A stretch of DNA of 64,000 nucleotides from Gammaproteobacteria bacterium (GCA_026984775.1 JALSRM010000026.1:2456-66455); one strand, 5' to 3'; numbered from the stretch's first letter, positions 40,159 through 51,674 are shown. Program-made: numbers and translations. The notes: generated from the letters alone by a model not told the origin.

Positions 40159-40606
40159 ATTCGATCACACCGCCAGGGGCCTTGACTTCAACGATATCTT
40201 CTTCTTCCTTACCAATCAGAGCCCTGGCAATTGGAGACTGAACAGAGATTCGACCGGCATTGATATCCGCCTCGTCCTCACCAACGATCTGGTAGACGAT
40301 CTCGGTATCATTCTCCAGATGCAACAGCCTGACGGTAGCACCAAAGACAACCTTGCCACCGGCATCGATGGTAGCAGGATCAATAATAACGGCATTCGAC
40401 AGCTTGGCCTCGATATCGGCAATGCGGCCTTCAATAAAACTCTGTTGCTCCCTGGCCGCATGGTATTCGGCATTTTCTTTCAAATCACCATGTTCACGGG
40501 CTTCTGCAATCGCCTGAATCACTTTTGGACGCTCAACGGTTTTAAGCGTGTGGAGTTCTTCCTTTAACTTTTCTGCACCTTTGGCAGTCATTGGAGATTT
40601 ATTCAT
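40130..40606 (-). CDS. greA: transcription elongation factor GreA
   Basis: [53 protein letters not shown] coiled-coil with acidic tip, FKBP-like C-terminal domain; start overlaps the carB stop (ATGA). Confidence 0.9.
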   Translation of the reverse strand: MNKSPMTAKGAEKLKEELHTLKTVERPKVIQAIAEAREHGDLKENAEYHAAREQQSFIEGRIADIEAKLSNAVIIDPATIDAGGKVVFGATVRLLHLENDTEIVYQIVGEDEADINAGRISVQSPIARALIGKEEEDIVEVKAPGGVIEYEILEVRYG

Positions 40607-43600
40607 GATCCAATCCCCTGATGAAGGGTCTGTAGACAATTGACACTCAAAACATCTTCCTCCTTCATTGCCTGAACCATGGCATAGGCACCCGCCATGG
40701 TTGTAGTATAGGGAACTTTGTGGTCCAGTGCCGATCCTCTGATCGTGTAGGAATCGGCGATCGATTGCTTGTTCTCACTGGTCGTGTTGATGATGAAGCT
40801 AATTTCATCGTTTTTAATCTTATCAACGATATGAGGTTGCCCCTCCAGAACCTTGTTAACATGCTCACATTTGATTCCGGCTTCGATCAACGCTTGTCGT
40901 GTACCACTGGTTGCGATCAAATCGAAACCCAATTCTTCCAGTTGCCGGGCGACATCAACTGCTCTGGGTCGATCACTCTTGCGCACACTGATGAACGCAG
41001 TACCCCTGGTAGGCAGTGTCATTCCCGCCCCTTGTTGTGATTTGGCAAAGGCTTCGCCAAAGGTCGCTCCCACACCCATGACTTCCCCGGTTGATTTCAT
41101 CTCCGGTCCGAGCAGCGGATCGACTCCGGGAAATTTCACAAACGGGAACACCGCTTCCTTGACCGAGTAATAGGAAGGCACTTCCCCTCTGGTTATTCCT
41201 TGTTCTTTCAGAGACTTGCCAGCCATGCAGGCCGCCGCGATATTTGCCAGAGGAACCCCGGTTGCCTTGGATACAAAGGGGGCGGTTCGTGACGCCCTTG
41301 GATTGACTTCCAGAACGTAGATATCTTCTCCCTGAATAGCAAACTGCACATTCATCAATCCAACCACATTCAATGCCTTTGCCATGGCCTGTGTCTGCCT
41401 TTTGATTTCTTCTTGTATCTCAGCACTGAGATGATGCGGTGGCAGTGAGCAGGCCGAATCACCAGAATGGATACCAGCTTCTTCGATGTGTTCCATAATC
41501 CCCCCAATCAAGACGTTTTCACCATCACAGATGGCATCCACATCCACCTCGACGGCTTGATTAAGAAATCGATCGAGTAACACCGGTGAATCATTGGAAA
41601 CGGAAACGGCCATGCTCATATAACGGCGCAGATCGTTTTCATTATAGACAATCTCCATCGCCCGGCCTCCCAGCACATAGGAGGGTCTAACGACCAGTGG
41701 ATAACCCACCTCAGCTGCAAGTTGAACCGCCTCTTCTTCTGTTTTCGCAGTCCGGTTTTCCGGTTGTCTAAGCCCAAGATCCTGTAGCATCTTCTGGAAA
41801 CGTTCACGATCTTCGGCCAAATCGATGGAATCTGGTGTAGTACCGATGATTGGTGCACCAGCAGCATCCAGTGCGTTGGCCAGTTTCAACGGTGTCTGAC
41901 CACCGAACTGAACGATGATGCCCTTTGGTTTTTCGAGTTCGATGATCTCAAGAACATCTTCTAATGTTAATGGTTCAAAATAGAGTCGATCAGAGGTATC
42001 GTAGTCCGTTGATACCGTCTCGGGATTGCAGTTGACCATAATAGTTTCATAACCAAGGTCGCGCATGGTAAAAGCAGCCTGCACACAACAATAATCGAAT
42101 TCGATACCTTGCCCGATTCGGTTTGGTCCACCACCCAGCACCATAATCTTTTCGCGATTGGTGGGATTCGATTCACATTCTTCCTCATAGGTAGAATACA
42201 TATAGGCCGTACTGGTAGCGAATTCCGCTGCACAGGTATCGACCCGTTTATATACCGGACGAATACCATACTGGTGTCGAAGTCCACGCACTGTGGCCTC
42301 ATCGACCCCCGTTAAGGTCGCAAGTCTGGAATCGGCAAAGCCTTTGCGTTTCAGTTGCCAGAGCCGCCCACCGGACAGGCCTTCTATTCCCTCTTCCTTG
42401 ACCAGGGATTCTTCATTGACCAGATCCAAAATCTGGATCAGGAACCAGGGATCAATCTTGCTATGTTCGAAAACCTCTTCCAGTGTCATCCCAGAACGAA
42501 AGGCATCGGCAACAAACCATAATCGGTGTGCTCCGGGTACTCGCAATTCTCGGATCAGTGTTGGTTCCGGATCCTCCGTTCCAGGTTCGATGACCTGGAC
42601 CAGTCCATCCCGATCGATTTCCAGACCCCGGATGGCCTTTTGCAATGATTCCTGAAACGTTCTCCCGATGGCCATGACCTCTCCCACAGATTTCATCTGT
42701 GTAGTCAGACGACTGTCTGCCTGAGGGAATTTTTCGAAGGTGAAACGGGGGATCTTGGTGACCACATAATCGATCGAGGGCTCGAAGGATGCCGGTGTCT
42801 CACCTCCGGTAATTTCGTTTTCCAGTTCATCCAGCGTGTAACCAACTGCAAGCTTGGCAGCAACCTTGGCGATCGGGAAGCCGGTAGCCTTGGAAGCCAA
42901 GGCAGATGATCGTGAAACACGAGGGTTCATTTCAATGACGATCATGTCACCATTTTCCGGATTGACAGCAAACTGGACATTGGACCCACCCGTCTCCACG
43001 CCGATCTCGCGCAAGACTGCAAGGGAGGCATCGCGCATGATTTGATACTCCTTGTCGGTCAGTGTCTGGGCGGGTGCGACAGTAATCGAATCACCGGTAT
43101 GAACACCCATGGGATCAAGATTCTCAATCGAGCAAATGATGATACAGTTGTCCTTGCGGTCTCGTACCACTTCCATCTCATACTCTTTCCAGCCAAGAAC
43201 GGACTGTTCGAGCAAGATCTCGGTGGTTGGGGAAGCATCCAGGCCACGTTTACAGATGGCATCGAACTCTTCCCTGTTGAAGGCGATCCCGCCTCCGGTC
43301 CCCCCCATTGTGAAAGAAGGGCGAATGATAATTGGAAAACCGATTTCCGCTTGGATTCTGTATGCATCTTCCATACTGTGGGCGATGAAAGAACGCGGGG
43401 TTTTGAGGCCGATTTTTGTCATCGCTTCACGGAACTTCTCGCGGTCTTCAGCCTTGTCGATTGCCTCTTGGGATGCGCCGATCAGTTCAACTCCGTACTT
43501 CTCGAGAACACCTTCGCGGACAAGATCGAGCGCACAATTGAGTGCTGTCTGGCCACCCATGGTGGGCAACAGGGCATCCGGACGTTCCTTTTCGATGATA

Positions 43601-43827
43601 TTGGCAACATTTTGCCAGTAAACAGGCTCGATATAGGTGGCATCGGCCATATCGGGATCAGTCATTATCGTAGCCGGGTTGGAGTTGACCAGAATGACGC
43701 GGAACCCTTCTTCCTTCAAGGCTTTGCATGCCTGAGTACCCGAATAATCGAATTCACATGCCTGGCCAATAATAATCGGGCCGGCACCGATAATCAGAAT
43801 ACTTTTTATATCAGTACGTTTGGGCAT
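40603..43827 (-). CDS. carB: carbamoyl-phosphate synthase large subunit
   Basis: 1074 aa, duplicated ATP-grasp halves, MGS-like C-terminal domain; canonical CarB. Confidence 0.95.
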   Translation of the reverse strand: MPKRTDIKSILIIGAGPIIIGQACEFDYSGTQACKALKEEGFRVILVNSNPATIMTDPDMADATYIEPVYWQNVANIIEKERPDALLPTMGGQTALNCALDLVREGVLEKYGVELIGASQEAIDKAEDREKFREAMTKIGLKTPRSFIAHSMEDAYRIQAEIGFPIIIRPSFTMGGTGGGIAFNREEFDAICKRGLDASPTTEILLEQSVLGWKEYEMEVVRDRKDNCIIICSIENLDPMGVHTGDSITVAPAQTLTDKEYQIMRDASLAVLREIGVETGGSNVQFAVNPENGDMIVIEMNPRVSRSSALASKATGFPIAKVAAKLAVGYTLDELENEITGGETPASFEPSIDYVVTKIPRFTFEKFPQADSRLTTQMKSVGEVMAIGRTFQESLQKAIRGLEIDRDGLVQVIEPGTEDPEPTLIRELRVPGAHRLWFVADAFRSGMTLEEVFEHSKIDPWFLIQILDLVNEESLVKEEGIEGLSGGRLWQLKRKGFADSRLATLTGVDEATVRGLRHQYGIRPVYKRVDTCAAEFATSTAYMYSTYEEECESNPTNREKIMVLGGGPNRIGQGIEFDYCCVQAAFTMRDLGYETIMVNCNPETVSTDYDTSDRLYFEPLTLEDVLEIIELEKPKGIIVQFGGQTPLKLANALDAAGAPIIGTTPDSIDLAEDRERFQKMLQDLGLRQPENRTAKTEEEAVQLAAEVGYPLVVRPSYVLGGRAMEIVYNENDLRRYMSMAVSVSNDSPVLLDRFLNQAVEVDVDAICDGENVLIGGIMEHIEEAGIHSGDSACSLPPHHLSAEIQEEIKRQTQAMAKALNVVGLMNVQFAIQGEDIYVLEVNPRASRTAPFVSKATGVPLANIAAACMAGKSLKEQGITRGEVPSYYSVKEAVFPFVKFPGVDPLLGPEMKSTGEVMGVGATFGEAFAKSQQGAGMTLPTRGTAFISVRKSDRPRAVDVARQLEELGFDLIATSGTRQALIEAGIKCEHVNKVLEGQPHIVDKIKNDEISFIINTTSENKQSIADSYTIRGSALDHKVPYTTTMAGAYAMVQAMKEEDVLSVNCLQTLHQGIGS

Positions 43828-43836
43828 ATTACTGGA

Positions 43837-44973
43837 TCAGCTCCTTTCCTGTTTCATGAGGTCGATAAAATGATCGAACAAAGACTGGATATCATGTGGT
43901 CCGGGACTCGCTTCAGGATGCCCCTGGAAGCCAAACGCGGGGTATTCTGTATGATGAACACCTTGTAAAGAACCATCGAAGAGTGATCGGTGTGTGGGAC
44001 GCAAATTGGCCGGCAGAGTTTCTTCATTGACAGCAAAACCATGGTTCTGACTGGTGATCATCACCTTTCCGGACGCAAGATCTTGCACTGGATGGTTTGC
44101 ACCATGATGGCCAAACTTCATTTTGATTGTCTTGGCACCACAGGCAAGTGATAGCAACTGATGGCCAAGACAAATACCAAAAACAGGTGTTCTGGTTTCA
44201 AGAATCCTCCTGATCGCATCGATCGCATAATCGCAAGGCTCCGGATCGCCCGGTCCGTTGGAAAGAAAAACCCCATCCGGATTCATCGCCAGAACTTCAT
44301 CGGCTGGAGTTTCTGCCGGTACAACCGTCAATTTACACCCTCTTTCGACCAGCAGACGAAGGATGTTTCTTTTCACGCCAAAATCGTAGGCGACAACATT
44401 CCATTCTGTTTTTCCGGAAGGAATGTGATGACTGTCGGTTGCTTGATCCCAGACTCCCTCTGTCCACTGATAGAGCTCGGATGTTGTCACGGTCTTGGCC
44501 AGATCAGCGCCTTTGAGACCCGGGAATTCCTGGGCAGCGATTCTAGCCTTGCCCCGATCCAGTTCATCACCCGCCAGAATACACCCGCGTTGTGCACCTT
44601 TATCACGCAAGATCCTGGTCAAACGGCGCGTGTCAATATCAGCAATACCCACTATATTATGTTTCTTCAGATATTCTGACAGTGACATAGTTGCCCGCCA
44701 GTTGCTGTAGATCATGGGTAAATCCCTGATGACAAGACCACTTGCATAGATCTGAGACGATTCCTCATCGCCGGGATTTGTTCCAGTATTCCCTATATGG
44801 GGATAGGTCAAGGTCACAATCTGTCGGCAATAGGATGGATCAGTCAGTATCTCCTGATATCCCGTCATGGCGGTATTGAAAACTACCTCTCCGGTAGTTG
44901 CTCCACTTATGCCAATGGAGATACCACTGAATTCACTACCGTCTTCGAGGACAAGAATCGCTTGCTGGGTCAA
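43837..44973 (-). CDS. carA: carbamoyl-phosphate synthase small subunit (glutamine amidotransferase)
   Basis: 378 aa; GICLGHQLL catalytic Cys motif; directly upstream of carB. Confidence 0.95.
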   Translation of the reverse strand: MTQQAILVLEDGSEFSGISIGISGATTGEVVFNTAMTGYQEILTDPSYCRQIVTLTYPHIGNTGTNPGDEESSQIYASGLVIRDLPMIYSNWRATMSLSEYLKKHNIVGIADIDTRRLTRILRDKGAQRGCILAGDELDRGKARIAAQEFPGLKGADLAKTVTTSELYQWTEGVWDQATDSHHIPSGKTEWNVVAYDFGVKRNILRLLVERGCKLTVVPAETPADEVLAMNPDGVFLSNGPGDPEPCDYAIDAIRRILETRTPVFGICLGHQLLSLACGAKTIKMKFGHHGANHPVQDLASGKVMITSQNHGFAVNEETLPANLRPTHRSLFDGSLQGVHHTEYPAFGFQGHPEASPGPHDIQSLFDHFIDLMKQERS

Positions 44974-45248
44974 GATTTAACTCCGATAGATGTGCAGGAA
45001 AATCCACAATAATCCATTATTCAGATACAGAAAAACGGGAGCTAATCTGGCGATTAGTCCCGTTTCTGATGTTTGCTGGATTCTACTTCAAAAACAGTAT
45101 TTCTGTCTATGATTTTGGTGGGTATCGTGTGCGAAAAATATATCCATGTCTAATTCGATCTGTTTCCCTCAAGTTTCCACCCTTTCTGCCGCCTTACTCA
45201 TTGCAAATGATGAGTTTTACCCTCGCAAACCAAATGGATTAAATAAAA

Positions 45249-46277
45249 TTGAAGGACTACACCGAAAGTTTCGAACAAGCCTCCGAATACATGCGGATAG
45301 TGCTGCCTTTGATCAATAAAAACGGGATCCCGCCAAATCCTGTGCATTATGCTGTTTTATATGCCTATGCCCGGGGTGAGAATTCAAATCTGACCAAGAC
45401 AATTGACAAGATATTGAAAACAAAGGGCAGCATCAGCGAAGAACAATCTGCGGCGCTTTATAAAGAGCATCTAGAAAACGAAGATACATTGTCACAGAAA
45501 CTCCATGAGAACATGAATACGATCATGGAATCACTTTCTGTCCAGCTTGCAGGCTCTTCTCAACATGCGCAACATTATGGTGATATCCTGGGCGCAGTCG
45601 ATCAGCAACTTGGGAATAGTAACTCCATCGATCTGCATGAAGTCGTGAAACACCTCTCCCAAGAAACGAACATCATGCAGAAGGATATCCAAAACCTTAC
45701 CGCAAAACTGGATGAATCCACAGAAGAACTCGAAAGACTAAAGAAGGAGCTGTCTGACGCACGAAGAGCAGCCAATACGGATATTCTGACTGGTATTCCA
45801 AACCGTCAGGCCTTTGAGGAAAAAATCGACCAATTAACGCGAGAACAGACACCTTTCTGTTTTCTCCTCGCAGATATCGACTTCTTCAAAAACTTTAATG
45901 ATACCTATGGCCATCAGCTCGGTGACAAGGTGCTTCGTTTCGTTGCCCAGACACTTCAAAAACACCTCAAAGGACAGGACATGGTCTGCCGCTATGGTGG
46001 TGAAGAGTTCGCCATTATTCTACCGGAAACACCTTTCGGTGGTGCGATATCGGTCGCAGAAAACCTCAGAAAGGCCATTCAAAAGCAAAGATTAAGAAGA
46101 ACAGATAATCAGGAGTATATTGGCAACATTACACTGTCAATCGGGATGTCCATGTATCGAGCAGGAGAAGCTGCTGCAAGCGTGATCGAAAGAGCAGATA
46201 TGGCGCTTTACAAAGCGAAGGAAAATGGGCGAAATTGCGTCATTCCTGAATCATCAATCGAAACTGAAAGTGCCTGA
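45249..46277 (+). CDS. GGDEF-domain diguanylate cyclase with N-terminal helical sensor domain
   Basis: C-terminal RYGGEEFAIIL active-site motif with RxxD I-site-like RRTD; N-terminal 170 aa of unknown type followed by a coiled-coil. Confidence 0.85.
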   Translation: MKDYTESFEQASEYMRIVLPLINKNGIPPNPVHYAVLYAYARGENSNLTKTIDKILKTKGSISEEQSAALYKEHLENEDTLSQKLHENMNTIMESLSVQLAGSSQHAQHYGDILGAVDQQLGNSNSIDLHEVVKHLSQETNIMQKDIQNLTAKLDESTEELERLKKELSDARRAANTDILTGIPNRQAFEEKIDQLTREQTPFCFLLADIDFFKNFNDTYGHQLGDKVLRFVAQTLQKHLKGQDMVCRYGGEEFAIILPETPFGGAISVAENLRKAIQKQRLRRTDNQEYIGNITLSIGMSMYRAGEAAASVIERADMALYKAKENGRNCVIPESSIETESA

Positions 46278-46304
46278 TTATCCTAATTACGGCCCTTCTC
46301 AATA

Positions 46305-46332
46305 AAAAAGGGCCGTAGAAACGGCCCTTCGA
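46305..46332. terminator. bidirectional terminator between the GGDEF gene and the repeat-protein gene
   Basis: aaaaaagggccgt-agaa-acggccctt flanked by an A-run (T-run on the minus strand). Confidence 0.65.
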
Positions 46333-46354
46333 TATTTAAAAAAGACTGATCGAC

Positions 46355-47950
46355 CTAGAGAGTCGGTGTCACACCAAGTGATTTCACAGTTTCAATTGTA
46401 ATATACCTGGTTGACGTCAATCCTTTTTGTTTCTGATATTTCTGCATTGCTCTTATTGTTTCAGAGCCGACGATCCCGTCGATCGGGCCATAATAGACCC
46501 CAGCAGCTTTGAGTGCCTTCTGGATTTCCCTAATCTTGGCTGCAGTCATATCCGCCTGACACAGAACTGGTTTCCATTCCATATGGCCTTCACTGACCTT
46601 CTCGGTCTTGGTGACCTTGCCATACTGGGCCGGGATTTCAATACGGCGTTCCTGTGGAGGAGTAACCATTTTTCGAACCTTAACTGTCTTGTATTCCGCT
46701 GGGACGGTAACGGTTTTTGTCGTCGCAGGAGTTTTCAGAACACGGCGAGTAACTGTCTTGTAAACTGCTGGTAACTCTTTCATGCAAAGCGCATTACCTG
46801 TGGGTTTCCCAAAGGCCTTGGCTTCAGCCGATCCGGCAGGAAACCAGCGCGTTTTAGGATCGGAGACTTTAACCTGCTTGGTAACTGTTTGATAAGTTGC
46901 CGGGATTTCGACAACTTTTTCAGTTGCAGGAGATACCAACTTGCGGACTTTAACTACCTTGTATTGGGCAGGGATCGAAATAGTTTTGGTCGTAGCTGGT
47001 GTTTTAAGAACCCTTTTAGTAATGGTCTTGTATTTGGCAGGAACCTCTACGAGACACATAACCTCGCCAGTTGATTGATCAATGCGATCGACCGATCCAG
47101 GTACCCGGTTAGGCACTTCGTTCGGCAAACAAGCACCGCCTGAACATTGAGAAACCTTCCACGTGGTATAGGCAGGTGATACCAGAACTTTTTCTGTCAC
47201 TGTTTCATAAACAGGTGGCACGGTGACAAGCTTCTCGGAAGCTTCACTGACAAGAACTTTTTCCTCAACCGTTTCATATTTAGCCGGAATAACCTCAATT
47301 CGTTGAGAAGCTTCCTTCTTCAGGACCTTTTCAGTGATGGTATCGTATTTTGCAGGTTGGATATATTCAGCAAAACACTGTCCTGGACTTACATTTTCAG
47401 GCATGCCAAGAGAACGCGCATAATCAAGATAGGACTTATCTGGATGTTGAGCATTCTTGCTCCTGGCAGAAGCTATACCATTACGACCGTAATGCCAATG
47501 GGTTTCCGCATCCTTGACCAATACTTTTTCAGTCACTGTCTCATAAACTGCCGGTACGGTGATCAGTTTCTCGGAGGCCTCTTTGACAAGCACCTTTTCT
47601 GTCACAGTTTCATATTTGGCAGGTATAACTTCCAGTTTTTCGCCTGCGGGCTTGGTGACTACCGTTTCTGTAGTCGTCTGGAATTTGGGTGGAATCCAGA
47701 TCCTTGCATAGCATTGTCCTGGAGTTGCATTAGGTGGTAACAGATCTGCATTCATGGCAGCACCTGCAACAACCGGTGTAGTTGCTGTGGCCGCAGTCCC
47801 GGTAGCCATGCCAATGCTGGCGGCAATTGGTGCCTGTATATTCAGTAATTGAGATGAGACTTCATCCGCCTGCACCATGCTTGTCCCCAATGCAAACATG
47901 CCGAAGGCACTTATTGTAAATGTGCGTGCTTTACGAGGTTTTAAAGACAT
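46355..47950 (-). CDS. secreted tandem-repeat protein with C-terminal peptidoglycan-binding (PG_binding_1-like) domain
   Basis: Signal peptide …SMVQA; four large repeats each built from (I/V)PAxYxTVTxKVLV sub-repeats and bracketed by Cys; C-terminal AKIREIQKALKAAGVYYGPIDGIVGSETIRAMQKYQKQKGL. Confidence 0.75.
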   Translation of the reverse strand: MSLKPRKARTFTISAFGMFALGTSMVQADEVSSQLLNIQAPIAASIGMATGTAATATTPVVAGAAMNADLLPPNATPGQCYARIWIPPKFQTTTETVVTKPAGEKLEVIPAKYETVTEKVLVKEASEKLITVPAVYETVTEKVLVKDAETHWHYGRNGIASARSKNAQHPDKSYLDYARSLGMPENVSPGQCFAEYIQPAKYDTITEKVLKKEASQRIEVIPAKYETVEEKVLVSEASEKLVTVPPVYETVTEKVLVSPAYTTWKVSQCSGGACLPNEVPNRVPGSVDRIDQSTGEVMCLVEVPAKYKTITKRVLKTPATTKTISIPAQYKVVKVRKLVSPATEKVVEIPATYQTVTKQVKVSDPKTRWFPAGSAEAKAFGKPTGNALCMKELPAVYKTVTRRVLKTPATTKTVTVPAEYKTVKVRKMVTPPQERRIEIPAQYGKVTKTEKVSEGHMEWKPVLCQADMTAAKIREIQKALKAAGVYYGPIDGIVGSETIRAMQKYQKQKGLTSTRYITIETVKSLGVTPTL

Positions 47951-48388
47951 TCGAACCTCCCTCCTTTCTTTATGAGTTAATTAAATTATCGAGCCAAAAT
48001 AATGATGGCCTGAAAGCAATTGTAGATTAATGTAAAAAATATTCAAATAATATTTCACTTTAACCAGCAATTATTTGTTTCCCGGATGCTTTTTAGTGTG
48101 ACTCCAGGCTCTCACATATCACATTACATTTTAACTTCAAATTATTGATTCTTCTATTCTCTGCAGTGAAAGAATGAAATACTTTTATACTATTTAACAA
48201 ATAGTTATGAATCTTTTATAGATTCTATCTTAAGTTTTTCCTGACTTTTAGAGATTCCACCTTGTAAGGAAACGTAAGAGTTTTAAACATATCAATCATG
48301 AGAGAATTACGACAGCCTGTTTTTTTATTCTTGTCAGCTATAGCATTCTCTCTACGGTAGGCTGAACGGAGTCTGAACGGCTCTTGAT

Positions 48389-48436
48389 TGGTGCCCAGGG
48401 CTGGACTCGAACCGGAACGGTGTTACCACCGAGGGA
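48389..48436 (-). other. tRNA 3'-end fragment (T-arm + acceptor 3' strand + CCA), no matching 5' half
   Basis: Minus strand reads …GTTCCGGTTCGAGTCCAGCCCTGGGCACCA (TΨC-loop GGTTCGAGTCC, discriminator A, CCA). The sequence 5' of it cannot form the complementary acceptor strand, so it resembles an att-site remnant. Confidence 0.4.
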
Positions 48437-48699
48437 TTTTAAGAGCATTCATTAATTCCTCTCAAAATCAATGAAAAGGCCCCCTTTAACCAGATCGTTT
48501 AGGGTTTTGCTGACCTCTGTCTACATCACTACACGCACGAAAGCCGGGAAGCAAAAAGGGTGATGTTCCTGCTGAACTTCTCTGAATGGCTAACTTATTT
48601 CAGTGAGCTGAACAAATCGTACATAAAGCGATTTATCAAATGGCGGTGTGAAAAAAATGCTAAAAGCCTACCACGATCAACAAGGATCTGGTCATCTGT

Positions 48700-49045
48700 A
48701 ATCCCCCATTAATAACCAAAGTTAAAAGTAGAGGTCATGCTGCCTTCAGCAATTGTCTTAGCGGAACGCCACCAATGGCCGTGTGCGGCCGTTCATTATT
48801 CTAAGTCCATAACCACTTTGTGGCGAGTTGTTTCGCATGTTCAATGCTTTTAAACAGGTGCAGATCAAGCCATTCATGCCTGGCCGTACGGTTAAACCGT
48901 TCGATATAGGCGTTTTGTGTTGGTTTACCTGGCTGAAAATACAAAGGGGTATCTGTTTTGTCTTTGCCCAGTCAATTAACTGCTGGATGATGTACTCAGG
49001 CCCATTGCGATCACTTTGAGTAGATAGGCAAACTCTTTCGGTTTT
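48700..49045 (-). mobile_element. IS3-family transposase (rve integrase-core) C-terminal remnant, frameshifted with an internal stop
   Basis: Minus-strand frames give SDRNGPEYIIQQLIDWAKTKQIPL and, in another frame, PGKPTQNAYIERFNRTARHEWLDLHLFKSIEHAKQLATKWLWT*NNERPHTAIGGVP, the canonical IS3 OrfB tail. No N-terminal part follows; it abuts the truncated kinase gene. Confidence 0.6.
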
Positions 49046-49048
49046 TTA

Positions 49049-49600
49049 GTGGGTGCGCTGAACCGAACAATAGACAAAGCCAACGAGGCCCTAGGACAAT
49101 GCCTTCCCTGCAATGCGATCATTCAAAGTACCGAATATTTACATTCTGTCACCCGTTCTTTGTTGAAAACTCTACGCCCCCCGGATCTGGATGAGCTGGG
49201 TCTTGAAACTGCTCTGGAGAATCTGGTCTCGAACTGGAAGATGGCTCATCCTGAAATCGACTGTTCACTCATCATTCGTGGAGACAGTCGCACACATTCA
49301 GAATCCATCAATTTTCTCTATTACCGCGCTGTACAGGAAGGTCTGGTCAACATCGTAAGACATTCTAGAGCCGACCAAGTATCAATAGAGCTGACTTTTC
49401 CTATCAATGATCAGGACCGATCGTCCTTACTCAAACTCACTGATAACGGTATTGGTATGCTGGAGAGCGACACCCACAATGGAGGCCTCGGTCTCATCGG
49501 ACTCAGGGAACGAGTACTCGCTGTGGGTGGAACATTCACTGTTCAGTCCCACCAGCCTTCAGGTGTTTATCTTATCATTCAAACAGGGAACACATCATGA
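49049..49600 (+). pseudogene. C-terminal fragment of a NarX/UhpB-type (HisKA_3) sensor histidine kinase
   Basis: Degenerate H-box region followed by an HATPase_c region (LKLTDNGIGM...GGLGLIGLRERV); no TM/sensor part. The 5' end coincides with the IS remnant. Confidence 0.55.
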
Positions 49601-49884
49601 TCGAACCTTTGGATGCACTGTACCCAGAAAAGAAAACCGAACAAGAACCCATAAGGATTATGCTCGCCGATGATCACCTCTCCGTCCGGGAAGGCTATCG
49701 GTTGCTCCTCACACTCTCGGGTATGGAAGTCATTGCAGAAGCCAGTTCAGGCCGACAAGCGTACACTCTCTATCGACGGGTTCAACCGGATATCGTTGTC
49801 ATGGATATCTCGATGGAGGAGATGGATGGACTGGAATCACTTCTTCTTCAAACCGTTTGTACTTTTTCTGACAATGCACCTTGA
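49597..49884 (+). pseudogene. truncated NarL/FixJ-type response regulator (receiver domain only, no HTH)
   Basis: IRIMLADDHLSVREGYRLLL...DIVVMDISMEEMDGLE receiver motifs, then premature termination at 95 aa; 4-bp overlap with the kinase fragment. Confidence 0.55.
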
Positions 49885-49953
49885 TGAAAAGATAGCGTCA
49901 GGATAGAGACGGTTGTCTCGATGAGTCTCTCACAGCACTGAACATCCAAAACG

Positions 49954-51243
49954 TTATCTTAAAAATACCAGCCCAATCAGCAACAACAATGATCCTGAGG
50001 CGCCTGTTTTTGGGATCCAGTTTGGGAATGTCAGTGCAGTGTTTGGCGCAGGCTGATTTTTTATACGCAACAATGCAATGTTGACCAGCAGGAAGATGAT
50101 CAAAATCAGAAAACTACTATAGGAGGCCAGTGTCTCAAGAGGAAAAGACAGTGCCAACAGAAAGATTGTCAATCCAACGAATAGCGTAGACATGAGAGGA
50201 GTATGCATTTTCGGGTGCACATACCCAAACATAGCCGACAGCCATCCTCGTTTACTCATGCCATACAGGATTCTTGAGGCCATGATGATCTGGATCAAAG
50301 CACCATTGATAACTGCGGCCAGACTGATCAGGGTAATCAGCACCGGCTCTTTCCCCGTAGCAACCTGATAGATTTCAGCAAGCGGGGCATCACTTTGGGA
50401 TAACCGTTCCGGTGGTACAATCAATATGGCAGAACAGGCGACCAGAGCGTAGATCAGGGTGGTAATCCCCAGTGCAGTAATAATCGCAAGCGGTAGATTC
50501 CTTTCCGGGTTTTTTATTTCTTCGGCCAGATTGACGATATCCTCAAATCCGATAAAGGCGTAAAACGCCAGAAAAGCCCCAAGAATGATGCCTGACCATA
50601 CGGCAAGATTCATGATGGATGGCATTGATTCAATCACCTCTGGAAGCCTGTCAATTTGCAGACAACCCAGCACAATAATGAGGATTAATCCGATGAGTTC
50701 GATCACAGTAAAAACAACGGCCATAACGACAGATTCTGTCACCCCTATCAAGGCAACAAAAATCAGTATGCTGAGTGCCAGGGTGATCAGAATTTCATCT
50801 GCAATAGGAATGAAATATTGTGTATAGCCGGCAAAGCCCCTGACGATGGTTGCTGCCGATAACATACCAGAAGCTGCGATCACCCATCCCGCACCAAGAG
50901 AAAGCCATTTTTTGCCATACCCTTCGTAAAGATAGACGGCGGCGCCGGCGGCTACTGGAAACCTTGAGGAGAGTTCTGCATAGGTTAGAGCCGTAAAACT
51001 TGCGACCAGCCCAGCGATAAAAAAAGAAATGACCGTAAAATAACCGGCGTGTCCAGCGATCTTTCCGATCAGTACATAAATCCCGGCACCCAAAATATTT
51101 CCAAGGCCATAGAAACAGAGCAACCATAACCCTATTTCCCGGCTGAGTGATCCATGATTGGCTTCCGGAGCTGCCATTAAGGATACCGCTATTTCCGGTT
51201 CCAGAACTTCTGCATTTCCAGGAACATGAAAGAGGCCGTCCAT
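49954..51243 (-). CDS. APC-superfamily amino acid permease
   Basis: 429 aa, about 12 TM, GxG-containing first helix (LLCFYGLGNILGAGIYVLIGK). The true start may be the internal Met near 51177. Confidence 0.8.
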   Translation of the reverse strand: MDGLFHVPGNAEVLEPEIAVSLMAAPEANHGSLSREIGLWLLCFYGLGNILGAGIYVLIGKIAGHAGYFTVISFFIAGLVASFTALTYAELSSRFPVAAGAAVYLYEGYGKKWLSLGAGWVIAASGMLSAATIVRGFAGYTQYFIPIADEILITLALSILIFVALIGVTESVVMAVVFTVIELIGLILIIVLGCLQIDRLPEVIESMPSIMNLAVWSGIILGAFLAFYAFIGFEDIVNLAEEIKNPERNLPLAIITALGITTLIYALVACSAILIVPPERLSQSDAPLAEIYQVATGKEPVLITLISLAAVINGALIQIIMASRILYGMSKRGWLSAMFGYVHPKMHTPLMSTLFVGLTIFLLALSFPLETLASYSSFLILIIFLLVNIALLRIKNQPAPNTALTFPNWIPKTGASGSLLLLIGLVFLR

Positions 51244-51674
51244 GTGATCAGGACAAATCCAGTCAGGCCTTCAAGACCAACCAGAAAACGGATATGTCCG
51301 TGGGGGGTAATATCCCCCAGACCCAGCGAAGTATAGGTAGTAAAAGAAAAGTATCCACAATCGGCCAGTGTGCCTGTGAAATTTCCCATGAGATCGCCAA
51401 ACTTTCCAATATGGACCATATAGTAATAACCTAGTGCAAAGATCCAGACTTCCACTACATGTGCACACATGGCTCCAAACAGGCCAAGCACAACACGGAA
51501 ACGTGGACGTATGGTCAATTTTGGAATAAGAAGAGAAAGACGATACAAGATCTCGTAATGGATCAAAATCGAAAGTGAAACGAGTAGAGAATTTATAAAA
51601 AATGAGCTGATCAACTGATTTCCCCTTTTGGAACCGGTTAACACAATGCTTATCCCACCTGTTGTAATAGACAT
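51189..51674 (-). CDS. two-TM ion-channel-like protein (Ion_trans_2/K+ channel pore fold)
   Basis: 161 aa; pore-helix and filter-like FTTYTSLGLGDITP between two TM helices. Confidence 0.5.
   Translation of the reverse strand: MSITTGGISIVLTGSKRGNQLISSFFINSLLVSLSILIHYEILYRLSLLIPKLTIRPRFRVVLGLFGAMCAHVVEVWIFALGYYYMVHIGKFGDLMGNFTGTLADCGYFSFTTYTSLGLGDITPHGHIRFLVGLEGLTGFVLITWTASFMFLEMQKFWNRK

Noticed and set aside
43042-43968. 308-aa + strand ORF
   Set aside because: Antisense to carB/carA, which are unambiguous; no motifs.
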